The notes below the pieces were generated by a model that was not told the origin of the DNA, made no database searches, and worked only from the letters and a program-made list of their open reading frames with translations. Shown here piece after piece: positions 11,541 through 25,168 of a stretch of DNA of 64,000 bases; position 1 is the stretch's first letter; every line of letters starts with the position of its first letter. This stretch comes from Intoshia linei (lineage: Eukaryota > Animalia > Orthonectida): positions 1 through 64,000 of the forward strand of contig LWCA01000053.1 of NCBI GenBank assembly GCA_001642005.1. Reading direction: 5' to 3'. The position numbers and the translations under genes were made by a program.

Positions 11541-14500
11541 ATGGGAAATATCGTTTGTGTTGGACCAGTTCATTATTTTTAATTTATATACATTTATTTT
11601 TAGAATACATGTGCTGTAATCTCAGGTTATATTAATACCCACAATACGTATATTATTATATAGTATATATCTACAGTTATATGTTTATGATTGACCGTAT
11701 TTATATATTTGTCTTACATCAATTCACCACTAAATAAAGATAAATGTTTACATATACTTTATAAGATTTTTCCAAAAAATTAATTATAATCTATTTTAAA
11801 CTTATGGTTTCGTCATTAAATCCCATGAATTGAATAATGTATTTATGTGTATACGATTAGTAATTATTATTAACCTCGAAATTTAAAAAAATAACGATTT
11901 GTCGAATATACACCTCTGTATTATAATTTATAATAATGTTTTAACCTTAGAACTATCATCGGTCGTGATTTTAACCACCAAATTTTGTTAAAAGACTAAT
12001 TTTAAATAAAGTATAAATAAAATAAGACTAACCAAATAAAGTATTTATTGATTCATCTTTAAAAATTTTAAAATGCAGAATATTATATTATTTGTAAAAT
12101 TGGTTTATAAAACAAATTTTCAAATCTACTGTGTTTATTTTATTGTGGAAACTCATTCCGTGAAACACTGCAATAGACATTCAGGTCGCCTCGTTTGACT
12201 ATTATTAGTATATTTGGAGCATACAATATTTTAAAACAATTATAAATTCTATAATAGCAAAGTGCAATCGTAATTTTATTTGTTTATAATCTTTTCGGCT
12301 TGTATTTTAATTTTAAGGTTAAAATCTTCATAATTATAACCCTTGTAGTCTTTGAAATATAATGTCATTTTTGATTATTTGATCATTGTTTGACTTGCAA
12401 GTTGTAAATTAATTTTATTTAAAACCCAAGGTCAATTTCAGAAACCAACCCAAAGTTAATTTATTTTATAGGAAATACTTTATAATTAATGTGATTTTGT
12501 TTATTTTTTATTAAGCCCTATGGACCCACGGTCCATACCAGGCGTTATTTTATTGAATTTTTACTACACATCAATTTGAAAAAAATCCCTTAATATACTT
12601 TTCCATAGTTACGTGAGGCTTATAATTTTGTTCAAAAATTTTATTGTATCATCTCTGTTCTTGATTCTTAGAATTGTATTAAAATGTCGAAATAATTAAT
12701 TTTTTAACAAATTAAATTAAATGTAAATTTCCAAACATAATATAAAAATATTTTTGTGTGTAATTTTTTTAGATCTACACGCTTAAAATAACCCCTAACT
12801 TTGGTGACCCTGCTGTAAACAAGACCCTTTTTTTAAAAAAATCAGACCTCTATCAATGCTTAATCGATCGTTCATAATCTATAAATTAAAAATAACCGTT
12901 GGAAATCGCAGTTTATCGAAATTTAGGTATATTTCAGAAATTTTCCAACATTACCTATTAATAAATTAAAACATAGGCCCTCATCATTTTAGATCCGGGG
13001 TTTATTTCCCTTATCCCCTCTCCACGACCCTGTCTTTAAAGGTATCCTTATTTCAATTAATAAAAAAAAAGTATGCTAATTATGTTTTTACTGTACACTT
13101 TTATACTTATTCCATATGAATGATTTTCCATTTGAACATTTATACAATGAAAAGTGAAGTGGATTTGATTGTAATAGTGAATAAAATATAAATGTATATT
13201 ATTTTTAATTTTGTTAGGTAAATTTGATTTTAGGAGGATTGTGTTTATCCGGAAGAAAAATATTAGTTGGAAAAATGGGATGGGCTTGGTGGGTTGTGAG
13301 CGACGTTTCAAGGTTACTATAAAAATTTATAAAACATAATATCAATTTAATGTAGACTATCGTTGGAAATAATGACAACACGCCCTAGTTGCAACGACGT
13401 AGAAACATTAGAAGGGGTACGTGTCTCAATATCATCCGTTTGTCAAATCCGGGTTATTAATAACAAAGAGTTGTTAGATTTGGCATTAGAACAACTTTTG
13501 GGTAAAACAAAGAATGAAATTATTGAAATGTTTGAAAAAACACTTGACGGTCATTTAAGGTCAATTTTGGGGACAATGAAGGTTGAAGAATTATATCGAG
13601 ACCGCGAAGAATTTTCTAAAAGAGTCAGGGAAGTTGCTGCACCAGACGTAGCTCGAATGGGAATTGAAATACTTAGTTTTACCATCATCGACCTGATAGA
13701 CCACGATGAGTATCTTGTTTCATTAGGCAGAACAAATGTGGCGATGGTTAAACAAATTGCTGATATTGGTGTAACTGAAGCCGATAAAGATTCAAAAATC
13801 AAGGTTAATAGCAATAATACAATTTAATATCTTAAAAAACTTTACGGATTATAAATTACAAATCATAATATTAATAATGTAAGCATGTTTCAGCCATAGT
13901 ATTCTTGACATTCAGTTTTGTGTCAATATTAAATTATCTATAAATAATTCTTTAATTCTAAGATTATTTAGATTGCTCAACTGGAAAAATATGAGAATGA
14001 AATAATATGTGTGTCAGACACTAAAAAGAAAGAATATAAAAGTGCATTTGACGAAATATCTGCCAATCTAAATGTTGACATTAAAAAATATGTAATATTA
14101 AAAATTGTCAAATTTTTAGTTTTAGGAAGCTGAAGCTAAATTAGCTGGAACTATAGAAAGTACCAAACAATACCAATTAATTAAAGAAGAAGAAATGAAA
14201 GCGGAATTACTAAAAAATCAAAAAAAGACTGAAATTGAAAATATTGAAATTGAACGTGTCAAACTATCTTTGGAATCTACAATTAATAAAAAAACTGAAA
14301 TTGAAGCCGAGGTTTTTAAATTAAAAATTACTTTTAATGGTGTTAAGCCTAATTTTATATTCAAATTTTATTTATTATAACTCATATAATTAAATCAAAT
14401 TCTTATACACTTAAAAAAATTTTAGGTTATGAACTTGATTGCAGAGAATGACAAGTAATATTAATATTGTTTATTTGAATTATGCTTATTAAGGGAATGT

Positions 14501-15015
14501 TATTTGTTCAAAACAAAAGGTGAGATTGAATCTGTTCGATTGAAAGGACTCGCTAATGCTGATGCTGTAATTAGAACGTTATCATATTATAAATCATAAA
14601 TATATAGCTCAAAATAATTGGAACGGCTGAAGCAGAAGCCATGCAAATCAAAGCTGTAGCTTTCAATCAGTATGGAAAAATGGCAATTTATGATATGATT
14701 CTGAAAAAGTTGCCTCTAGTATTTTACAAGTATTTTAAATTTATGTACCCATTACCTTTAGATAATGTACAACATTACAAAACCGCTTACACGAACAAAG
14801 GATATAATAATGCTAAATGATAACAAATTATCAAGCCAAGTTACCAGTTTAATTAGTGGAATTCAGCCGTCAATAGACTCGTTGACAGGAATTGATTTAT
14901 CAAGGGTAAATTAATAAATCGATACCCTTACGTCATTATATTTATATTTAAGGTTATAAAAAAACTGACTGGTACATCTGAAGAAAATTCAAAATATGAA
15001 AAAATATCGAATTAA
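11541..15015 (+). CDS. FLOT2: Flotillin-2 (reggie-1)
   Basis: Starts MGNIVCVGP|NTCAVISG|GGLC...GWAWWVVSDVS|RLSLEIMT...TLDGHLRSILGTMKVEELYRDREEFSKRVREVAAPDVARMGIEILSFTI and ends SLTGIDLSR|VIKKLTG. Exons include 11541-11567, 11604-11625, 13234-13312, 13356-13803, 13972-14091, then several small exons from 14126, the last 14953-15015. Confidence 0.93.
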
Positions 15016-15283
15016 AACAGGTATTTCTTTCAATAGTTTATAAATCATTTCTAAATTTAGAAGAATGATTTATGATTTATAAATAAAGATAAAATAAAAT
15101 TAAATTTAAAGTTTTAATATTAAAAAAATCTAGGACAAATTATCATGAGTAGATAACAAAAAATTGATCAAAATACATATGTAGAGTACACTATACAATT
15201 TTATTTAATAGTGGCCGTTTGGCAAATGGATAAATTGAAAAAAATATATCAACCATTTTAAAGGGTTCACTGATATTAACAAA

Positions 15284-18200
15284 TTAATTGGACGTCCAGA
15301 GGGTAGAATCATCAGGAGTAATTTTATTGAGTATTTTCATTTGAGGGTTCAACAGTTGTAGTTTTTTTGGATCTACAAATGGTCTATTTAAAAGAGACCT
15401 AATAATTTTAGCGCCATTTCGCCGTTTTCGAACACTATCAGAGTGTTTAATTGAAGTATCAGCACTGTTGCTCCCATTTTCTAGGTTAGACACAGTGTTG
15501 GAGGAAAAATTACTTTGTACGCCAGAATTTGAGTTGAAAGAATGTAATTTTAGCGATAAATCCTCAGGGTTTACAGAGGCTAAGGATGAAGTACTAGATG
15601 GTGGATAAAATTTACGGCACGTCCAAAATTTTCCACCGACATTTAAGTTGACAACGTGGCCTAGCTTATTGTGAATGCTGATAAATGGGTACATTTGGTT
15701 GTCGTAAATGACAATTGGGTGTACTTTTTCAGTTACATAACCTAATTGGGGATTGTTTAGCAATTGTTTAACAAAGAAGTACGTTCCACCCGCTTTTTTC
15801 TTTTTTACTTCATTTTGTATAGATTCCGAATTTAGCATTTTTCGCAATTGTGGGACGTCTGCCTTATCTATTCCATTATTAGAATTCTTTTTTTCTGTGA
15901 TAAACATTTTGTTATAAGCAGCAATTTGGAGAATAGAGAGGTATTCTGGGTAATGTGTAAGAAAATTTACAAAATTTGAGTTTGAATCATCTGATTCAGG
16001 ATTCAACAATGCTTTAAACAGCCTATGCTTGAACTCAAGTTGATAGTTTACGTCTTCCATTTGATTAAAATTATTGTTTGCATAATTGAAAAGTGGTTTA
16101 ATACTTGTACTATTGGTATATTTGTTCGCGTTTGCAGAGTCTAAAAATACTTCACTATTTGCACCCTTTTGTATTTTAGGGCGTTTAGGTAAAGGCTCGC
16201 TATGAACGGAAGAAGAATTTTTGATGTGAGGAGGATTATTCACAAATACACCTCTTTTCTGGTGGTTATTCTCCTTCTTGGCAAAATGTGGCATTATTGC
16301 TGGGTAGTATTCTGCCTTATCCAATGGTAGCTTAAAGGTGGATTCACTTCCACTAGTATTTTGAAGGTTCAATGATGACGTTGAAAGTGAAGAGTTAACT
16401 GTGACACAAACAGTGTCGTTCGAGTCTTGACTATATTTTCCGTTCATGCTACTATGTCGAATAGAGTCACTATCAGATTTATCAAGTTTTGTGACAGATA
16501 AATCGACGGGAAAATCGCCGAAAACGTGCATATTTCCATTGTCCAAGTAGCCTTGGACTATTTTTTCTTTATCCAATGTCTTAATCATATCCTTGCTTAC
16601 AAAATGACCTTCCTTTAGTAATTTAATGTTGAAATAGTTTTGAGGAGGCTTGTTGAGTGCGTTTCTCAAAATAGACTTAGTATCAGAAATGCTGTGTCGC
16701 CGTACGCCATTCCCGTTTTCACAAATTAACTTTTTGTTCACATTTCTCAGTAAACTCAGGTCCATTGTATGGGATCTAACTCTGCGGTGATTTGCTCCAT
16801 TAGTAAGAGGAACTTTGATACTTCCATTTGTTAAACCACATCCTTCATTTTCGGATGAATTTGTAGTATGGGTATTACAGATTGATTCTATAGGGATATC
16901 TTTGTCTGCGTAACAATCGTCTACTTCATCAATTCTTAATTTTACAAATGTACAATTGTTCATTTCAGATATAAAATTTTCACAAATTATAATGAGCAAT
17001 TCTCCCTTGTCATTTTTCTTTAAATTTTTGAATAGCAGAAATTTTATTTGGTCAATATAAAGATTCATGTTATCTCGCAGAAAAGGATCTAAACTACTCA
17101 TCCTATAAAGAACTATACAGCACGTTAATATGACAAATTGATATTCAGATAAATTTGATTCATTTATCATTCGAATACCCTGGGATATTTTTGAAAAAAT
17201 AGAGTCACTATTTTCAATTTCGTTACTTTTTACAGCTTCCTGGTTAGATGTAATATTTGAAATTATGCTCATAATTTGATAAGTTTGTTCCTGAAACTCT
17301 TCTGCAGTTTTCAATTTTTCGAATTTTCCATCAAATAGTAATTTCAGTAATAAAATATCGTACATGCTTTTCTAAAAAAATAAATATAGAAATTTTAAAC
17401 TAAAAAAAAATTATATACATACACGTTTATTAGTGCATAAGTCTGTAATGAAACATTACATGCGTCTGAATATGAAACTTGAAAATTTTTCTACGTTTAT
17501 GTAGCCATTTCACAGAATGTATAATCGAGTCAATATTGAAAAAGATGTGCAATTTTTATGATCAATTAGTATAAATTTAATGAGATGGTTTTTCGTCAGT
17601 AATTCTAATCTTCTGGGTTTGATGCATAATAATCGCACATTTAGTAAATCAAGAGGAACTATGTTTAAGCCAATTAACCTTTCACTATTTGAGAACCACC
17701 AGTAATACTCAATATATAGTTTTCAAAATGTATTTATGCTTTTAAAGCTTTATTTTTTTTAAACTATAATCAGGGTGGTACCAGTTGGTCGCAAAAATTG
17801 AAAAATTAGTAATTTATTAAAATTCATTATTATTTGTAAATAAAAATTAATCAAGCGAATAATAGAGGTTTGACTGTATATAAGTATGAGTCTTGGATAT
17901 TATTTCTTGTAGTTCACTTAAATTGAAATATTTATGTTTTATTTACTAGAGAATGGCTCATATAGACATTTTCGGTACATATAGTAAAGTTGCCAGAAAA
18001 ATACTATCACTTAGTTTATTTGGAATAAATTTTAAGTCAAAAATTTTTATTCGTCATCATTAGGGCGGTTTTTTTAACCTATAAAAATTTTCTAATTACA
18101 GAATATAAACTTCAAATTGGCAAATGTAAATTTCTATTTTGCAATATATATTTTTTTCAAATTGATATCTTTTCAGATCAACTTTTAGGAAATTTTGGCA

Positions 18201-20063
18201 TTCTAATAATAATACTATATCAATCTATGTCATATAAATAATATAAAATTAAAATGAATTTTTAAATCGCAAGTGAATGTAAATAATTTTTGATATAACG
18301 ATATTTATATCTTAAAAAAATGTACTTTAAAATCATTTGTTTTACTATGTAATTTTATTAACTTTTAAAATAAAAATGTAACTTTTGTAACTTTATCAAA
18401 TTTTAATTAGCTAATTAATATGCATAATATTAATATCACCATGCTTGTAATTTCATGCCGATAAACATAACAAAAATTAACTTCATTAGTCATCATAGAT
18501 AAGTATTTTTAGCTTTACATTTAAAATCAAATAAACTAAAATTGATAGTACGTATTTTTTCCGGCCACTTTACACAAACTTTACGATAAAGTCGTTTTTT
18601 CGTAATTAACGTCATATTTTCAAAACATAAAGTCAATTTTATTTTCTTGGTTATTAATAAATATTGATAATAACGCAATAACCATAATGAAATAAATATT
18701 TGATACGCTAAGCAAATGTAGTCTGACACCCTTGATCAATAACCAAGAAATAAAACTGACTCTAGTTTTGAAAATATGACGTCAGTTACGAAAAAAGACT
18801 GTAATGAAAATGTATATATTCATGTAACATTAGTCATATTTTAATTACATCATTTTAGTCTAAATTCAAATTGAATTGTCGACATGTGGGAGAATCATAA
18901 AATTTATTTAAAATGTGAAAAGGTTAAAGAAAAATTCAAATTTTGATAAATTTTTTTGCAAACATCCCATGTATAATTTTCTATGAATAAAATTTTTAAA
19001 TTTTATTAATGCTTTTTGGAAAACTTATAATATGGCTTTATTCGGCCTTTGGTGTATAAATTTATGAGTCGGTTAAACCCTAATCGTGATATATTCGAAA
19101 TTTTTTCATAAGACAACAGTTTGCGAACCTGTATTATTAATGACTACATTTGATATATTCCCGATTTATCAGCTAACCGAATCACACATAATATTTTTAA
19201 GGGTCGTAATTTGCACACGTAAAAAATAAAAATTAAGTTAAGAAAAAATTCCGTAAACTTTAATTAAACTGTTTTTGAAATAGTTCTCTGTTAATAAATT
19301 CAATATAAATAAAATTATAGTAAATTAGATTTAACATAACCTAATATAAAATAATCTGGTTAATAAACCCATACAAACTTGAATAAAATATTAAATTCTA
19401 AATTTAAAATGTTCCAATATAACACTAAATTAATTTTATATTCATCACATAATACTAATTAAAATTCAAAGAAAATTAAGTCAAAATACTAAGTGAACTT
19501 GGTAAATCTAAAAATTAGTATTGAGACGACAGCTTAACTACTAAACCCTTGCATCAATGAATTGGACAACTTACAGTTTACAAAAAATATCAAATAGTTA
19601 AAATTAAAATTACTTTAACGGTGGATCTTTGTTGAGAAAAACTAATCTTTTTTCGGAAAGGCATTGAAAAAACAAAATTGTGGACGGCATTTTCCAACTC
19701 TTCAATGCAAACATTTTTGTCAGCTTTGATCCTGGTTTTTTGTTGTAAAATGGATTCAATTTTTGCATTTACATGTTGAATATTAGAATGGCCATTATGA
19801 GTGCCATTGCCGTTGATGTGTATCCCATTGCCAATAATATCTTGATTTTTGGTATTCCCGTTTGTAAACTTGACGGGGATGCACGTTTGGGTATTTTCAG
19901 ACTCCAATATTTCTGGTAAGGCATTCCAGGCCTCTAGAATTTTGGTGTATTTGTTTGAAAATTGTAAAGCCAAATGATCAAAATTGTTGTTGTTCAAGTG
20001 GTCCATATCAGCATTTTGGGTAGAACTCAATTGTTCCTCTAAACACGGGTATAAAAAGATTGT
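15284..20063 (-). CDS. Divergent nuclear-receptor ligand-binding-domain protein with long C-terminal tail; 5' end unresolved
   Basis: A phase-0 splice from 19614 to 17371 (GTAATT...TTTTAG) joins ORFs 19590-20072 and 15284-17365. The junction reads NAVHNFVFSMPFRKKISFSQQRSTVK|KSMYDILLLKL, resembling the NR helix 3-5 signature (FAKxIPxFxxLxxxDQxxLLK...EILxLR). It is followed by IRMINESNLSEYQFVILTCCIVLY (helix 7-8-like). The coding status is well supported; the NR call rests on motif similarity. Confidence 0.65.
18590..18800. repeat. Inverted repeat (~65-nt arms, ~80-nt spacer); probable MITE remnant
   Basis: AGTCGTTTTTCGTAATTAACGTCATATTTTCAAAAC...TTCTTGGTTATT is the near reverse complement of AATAACCAAGAAAT...GTTTTGAAAATATGACGTCAGTTACGAAAAAAGACT. 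Confidence 0.75.
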
Positions 20064-23039
20064 CTGAATCATTAAATGTAATAATAAATTTGATTTTAGT
20101 ATTTATATAATTTGTGATATGAAAATTGTTTGATTGTGATAAGATGACGATAAAACTATTATATCAAATTTGTAAATTGGAAATATTTTTGTAACCTATT
20201 AAAAATCAAAAACATTGGCTAGAATGTAAATATGATAGGAAAATAAATGTGTCAAATGTCTGGTTTATATCTAATCATCTGAATTAGAGCGACCAGAATT
20301 AGATTTTTGTTATATTAACAAATTGAAAAATATATTTAGACAGCGTATATAAGACGAAACTGTAACTATGAATGATAAATTGTAAATTAAAATTACAGTA
20401 AACTAAATAGAAATTCTGGATAAGCGCAACATTAAATTCTGAATAAACATGTTATTAATTAGGTCGTTCCAGTACAATGTAGTCTGAGTTGTTGGTTGAG
20501 CCATTTATTGATTTGGTATCGGAGGATACACGAAATTTTCGCCGATTTAATATGTAACGAATACCAATATAGCTGTCTATATTTTATAGTTATGGAAATT
20601 GCGTCAAGTATGAGGAATATACTAGAAACGACATACATTAGTGCAGGATAAATATCAAATGTTTTCCTGCACGCTACGTCAATATTTGGTTGTCAAGATG
20701 TAAAAATAATAATGTATTTAAGATTGATACCGATTAGGGTTTATGATGGAATTTTCTTAAATTTATATTATACATTTCACTTGGTAATCATTGTTGTATG
20801 TGTGTATTGAATTTATTTATAAAAAAAATAAAATTGAAAAAACTGAATTATTTAAATTGTACGTCTTTTATCACGAAACAAAAGTTAAAAAAATATAAAA
20901 TTACCCGACAAAGCATCAATCTCCATTTAAGCTCGAATTGGATAGGTTTCGAGGGTTTTATTTATGATGTATTGTTATTGTTGGTTGGTAAATTCAAAAA
21001 ATGGCGTATATTGGGTCAATGTGGCAATCTAGAAATGAATTGTAGGTTATAATGTCCTTGTACAAAAATTACTTTATCGTTTGTGTAGAAATTATAAAAT
21101 GTACATCATGAAACGAAACAACTAAAATTGCATACAAGCTTTATAATTTATCTAGGCGAATGCACCGGGCAAAATATAAATATAGAATAATAGCGTATTT
21201 ATTTCAAGCAATTATAGTTAGTATCGAGATTGTGCTTTAGAAACTAAACAAACACATTATGGGAACACTACTTAATTATTCAAACTAACACAAAACGCCT
21301 ATATAAATAAGTAGACGACTGGAATATATATTGAATCCACGCAATTTAGTCGGAACTTGTACAATAATGAGTGAATAGTGCTAGATTCATAAGAATGCGA
21401 CTCAACACAATTTATCTAGTACTTGTATCTAGCAGATTATGCTGCTGTGAAACATTTATTGTTTCAAGTGTCTATAACCGCATGTTGAGATCACATATTT
21501 TATCCACTATTTGGGCTGTCATATTTACCCATAAGAATTTATCCATCTTTGCGACGCTCAGTAGACAAATCGATAAATTCTCGTGTCTTATTTCAATTGT
21601 ATATGTGCTTCCGAAATTTATTTAGGTTATTTTAATATTTTCCCACTTATAATTTATATACCAAATGCAAAATAAATTTTATAGTCAATCTAAATTGCTG
21701 TCTAAATTAAATGACACTGAAATAATAGTTACAATTTAAAATTTCAACAACATAAGTCTTGTTTATAAATTAGTCTAATATCGAAAATTGGACATTAAAT
21801 TTTAATTTATGTTTATATAATATTAAATTTTTTCTGCATTTCATTCATTGTTATTGTTCCAATTCTTGTCAATGTTAAAATTAAGACTACTGCCATGAAT
21901 TATATTTGTTTTTATTCGTTGTATTTTTCTGCACAATGCAAATAGTAATGCACCGGTAATACTCTGTTTGTTTTGTAGTTTAGAATAAATTACTATTTTT
22001 TTCAAAATATTGATTACATGGAATGATTTAATAAATAAAAAATGCTTAAATATTGTTATTTGAATCAGCTCATATTAGCTCATCGTACATTTTTAATATT
22101 TTTAAGATAAATTGAAATTGAAATTACACATTAAAATTATTTTATAATGTTAAGTGATAAAAAATTTATTGTAATGATTAGAGCAGTGGTTATCGATTAA
22201 AATAGTATATGGACCCCATTTCAAAATATTTATTTTATTGGACTCCTAAGGAAACATAAAATGTATAATATTTATGAAAAAATTTGGTAAAAATGTTGGA
22301 AAAAGGTGATTTTCACTTTAATTTAGGATGGTAAAATGGATTTTTTATTTTGGTTTTTGGATTAAAAAGTTGTTACTCATAAGATTTAATCAAATCGTAT
22401 CTTTGAAAAAAATATTGAAAAAATAGGATTATTATTACTGTCTAAGCCAGTATTTCTCAAATTTTTTTCAAATGGGCGCACCTGAAGCAAATTAAAAATT
22501 TTGGGTGCACTAATTATTACCGTACTATGAAATACGAAAACGGTTGGAAATATAGTTTAATAATTAATAATTATAATTTAAAAAACTTAACATATTACAA
22601 ATTAGTGTCATCTTTCAGACTGTTTGTTTTTACACTGTTCTGTCTGGTTGATAAACACACACGCATTTCCTCCTCAAGATATATAATTCGTTCCCTGATC
22701 GTGTTTTTATTTGAAAAATAGTAGAAAACAACCCTAAAAAAATATAAATCCCAGAAAAAATTTTAAATAGTTTTTTCTTCCATCATGCATTTCGTATGAA
22801 GGAGTAGTTACTAATCTTATTTGACCATGGACCACTCAATTCACATCAAATTACATTTTAATTTTTAATTTGAAAAATATTGGTTGATAATTTATTAAGT
22901 TATTATTCAATGGAAATGCGTAAATTTATAAGGTTTAAATTTTGTATCTATATCAACTAAGATAAGCTGTATCACAATCATCTCTTTTTTTAATTCTAGA
23001 ACCTTTAATTATTTTAAAATTTTTTGTTTTAATAAAATA

Positions 23040-24591
23040 CATTGCGTTAAGTTATTATGCAAACATTAAAAACATTAATCAATTAAATACGAGTCATTAA
23101 ATTTGGTTTATTTTTTTATCATATTTATATATTCAACTAATAATCCTTTAACGTCCCAAGAAAAATGTAATGTATTCAAAAAAAATGAATACACGAAGAT
23201 TTAAGAAAATTTTGTGATTTTTGGTGTGCCAAATTATTATGCAAATGAATATTAAACAATAATTTCTTGTTAATAATTTAATACGAATAAATAAATATTT
23301 AAATAATATAATCCATTGTATTTTAAACCAAATTTAAGCAAAAAAATGTAATTAAACTTTACATATTCATATACACTTTTCTGGGATATTACAAGAAAAA
23401 GTCGTTTATCCATAGATTTCGTGATGTTTTCAATTGTTTTTTAAGCCATTGTTTTGATTTCTTTCAAAATTGCATGCCAGATATCGTTTTTGATTGATAT
23501 TGTTTATTCCCACTGTATATTTTTCTTTTAATTATTGACCATAGATTTTCAATAAAATTAAGATCGGGAGAATTTGGCGGCCAACACATTATTTTTTATG
23601 ATCCATAGCCATTTGTAAGAAAGATATTCTTTTGTAGGACGGGATGCGTGAATTGGGACATTACCACGCATAAAAATAAAATTTTTAAGAAAGCTTTTTC
23701 TCTTTTTTTTATCCACGAAAAAACGTTATGTTTTAAAAACACGCAGTATGTGCTAGAATTAATTTTGACTCCATCATCTAATTTAATATATCCAATAATA
23801 GTGTCTTTCACACTGCCTGCCCAAATCATTATGCTCCCACCTCCTTGATGCCGCTTTAAACGGTTTGGTGGTGATCTGTTATTCACTAACCAACCCTTAC
23901 TCCACAAACCTGACCCATCTAAAAATATTCTGGTTTCATCGATAAAAATTACATTTGAACAATTTATCTTCATGTAATTTTTAGCCCAGAATAGTCGTAA
24001 TTTCATGTGTCTTTTGGTTAAACCTGGTTTACCTTTAGCTTGCCTGACTTTACCAACTGTTTTTAATATTTTGCATCTCGTAGTTTTGGGTATATCAGCT
24101 AATCTGATGATTTACATATCTCTAGAGAAGTGCTAAAAGGGTTTCGAACCATTTCTAGTTTAATATGGATATATTTAACAGATACTCCTTTGAATGATCT
24201 CTCTGCCTTTCTTTTTCTCATGTTGGAAGGGTTTTCTATATATCGACGCATTATACGATGATCGCGTTTTAAATTTGAAGCTATTTCATTTATCGATATT
24301 CCGTTATCCAACATTTTCAGGATTTTATCCTTTTCGTCAACAGTAAGTGATGTTGATTTACCCATAATTATCCTAAATTTTGATTAGCATAATAATTTGG
24401 CACACTAAAAATTACCCAAAAATATATAATGTTAAATAGAATGCTTTTTTGGAAACGTGATAAATTTTTTTGTCACAGTAAAGTTTTATATGATCAATGA
24501 TTAAATTATGATAAAAAATTAATAGAATTAAGTAACTATTTTTTTAATTATTAATGTTTTTAATCGTTGCATAATAACTGGAAACGCAGTG
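23040..24591 (-). mobile_element. Full-length degenerate Tc1-like transposon (IR/DR type)
   Basis: TA-flanked TIRs (CATTGCGTTAAGTTATTATGCAA / TTGCATAATAACTGGAAACGCAGTG) with inner repeats GTGCCAAATTATTATGC at ~23226 and ~24387 (rc). The frameshifted transposase has a paired-like HTH (24365-24099), VIFIDETR, GGGSIMIWAG and [16 protein letters not shown]. Confidence 0.92.
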
Positions 24592-25168
24592 TAGTTATTT
24601 AAAAGTACTAAAGTGTTTCTTTGACCGTGAAGGCATCACTTTTTGAGAGTAAAATTTTTTGTTGTGTTAACTGGACAAAACTGTATGACCTTTAATATTT
24701 TGGAAAATTCTAGAATTATTTTCATTTTTTTAAAAAAAGGTAATCTGAGGTTTTTATCATTAAAATTCACTTTTTTGAAGTTTCGATGAATGATAATGCT
24801 GATGATTTTAAAATTTTAAAAAAAATCCCAACAATTTATGTTATATAAAACTTCAGAATTTTTTTCATTTTTAAAACAAAGGGTAATTTGGGGTTTTTAT
24901 CAATTTTTCTCGGACCCCATATGAAAACACTCATCATTAATCATTAGAAACGTTATTAAATATTAGTTAAAAAATACACATTATAATATACGAATGTATT
25001 GTTTTAATTCCATGAATAAACTGGTGGCTCTAGTTTACTACATTAATTACATTAATTAGAAACGCTATGAATTCTTAAAATCATATAAATTGACCATGTT
25101 GCAATCCTGAATAAATAAATTTATTTTTTTGGTATATATACAAACTTTTGTCTTTATCTAAACACCAT

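Noticed and set aside
13551-13814. 87-aa minus-strand ORF (also 13057-13311)
   Set aside because: Antisense shadow of FLOT2 exons; no independent coding signal.
17424-17712. ~65-codon open frame on the minus strand just upstream of the 693-aa ORF
   Set aside because: It ends in a stop before the candidate donor. Direct splicing of 19614 to 17371 restores the NR signature without it.
21371-21625. 84-aa plus-strand ORF with some Cys, considered as the missing NR DNA-binding domain
   Set aside because: Wrong strand, starts at GTG, no CxxC spacing, and the reverse strand has no C4 finger either.
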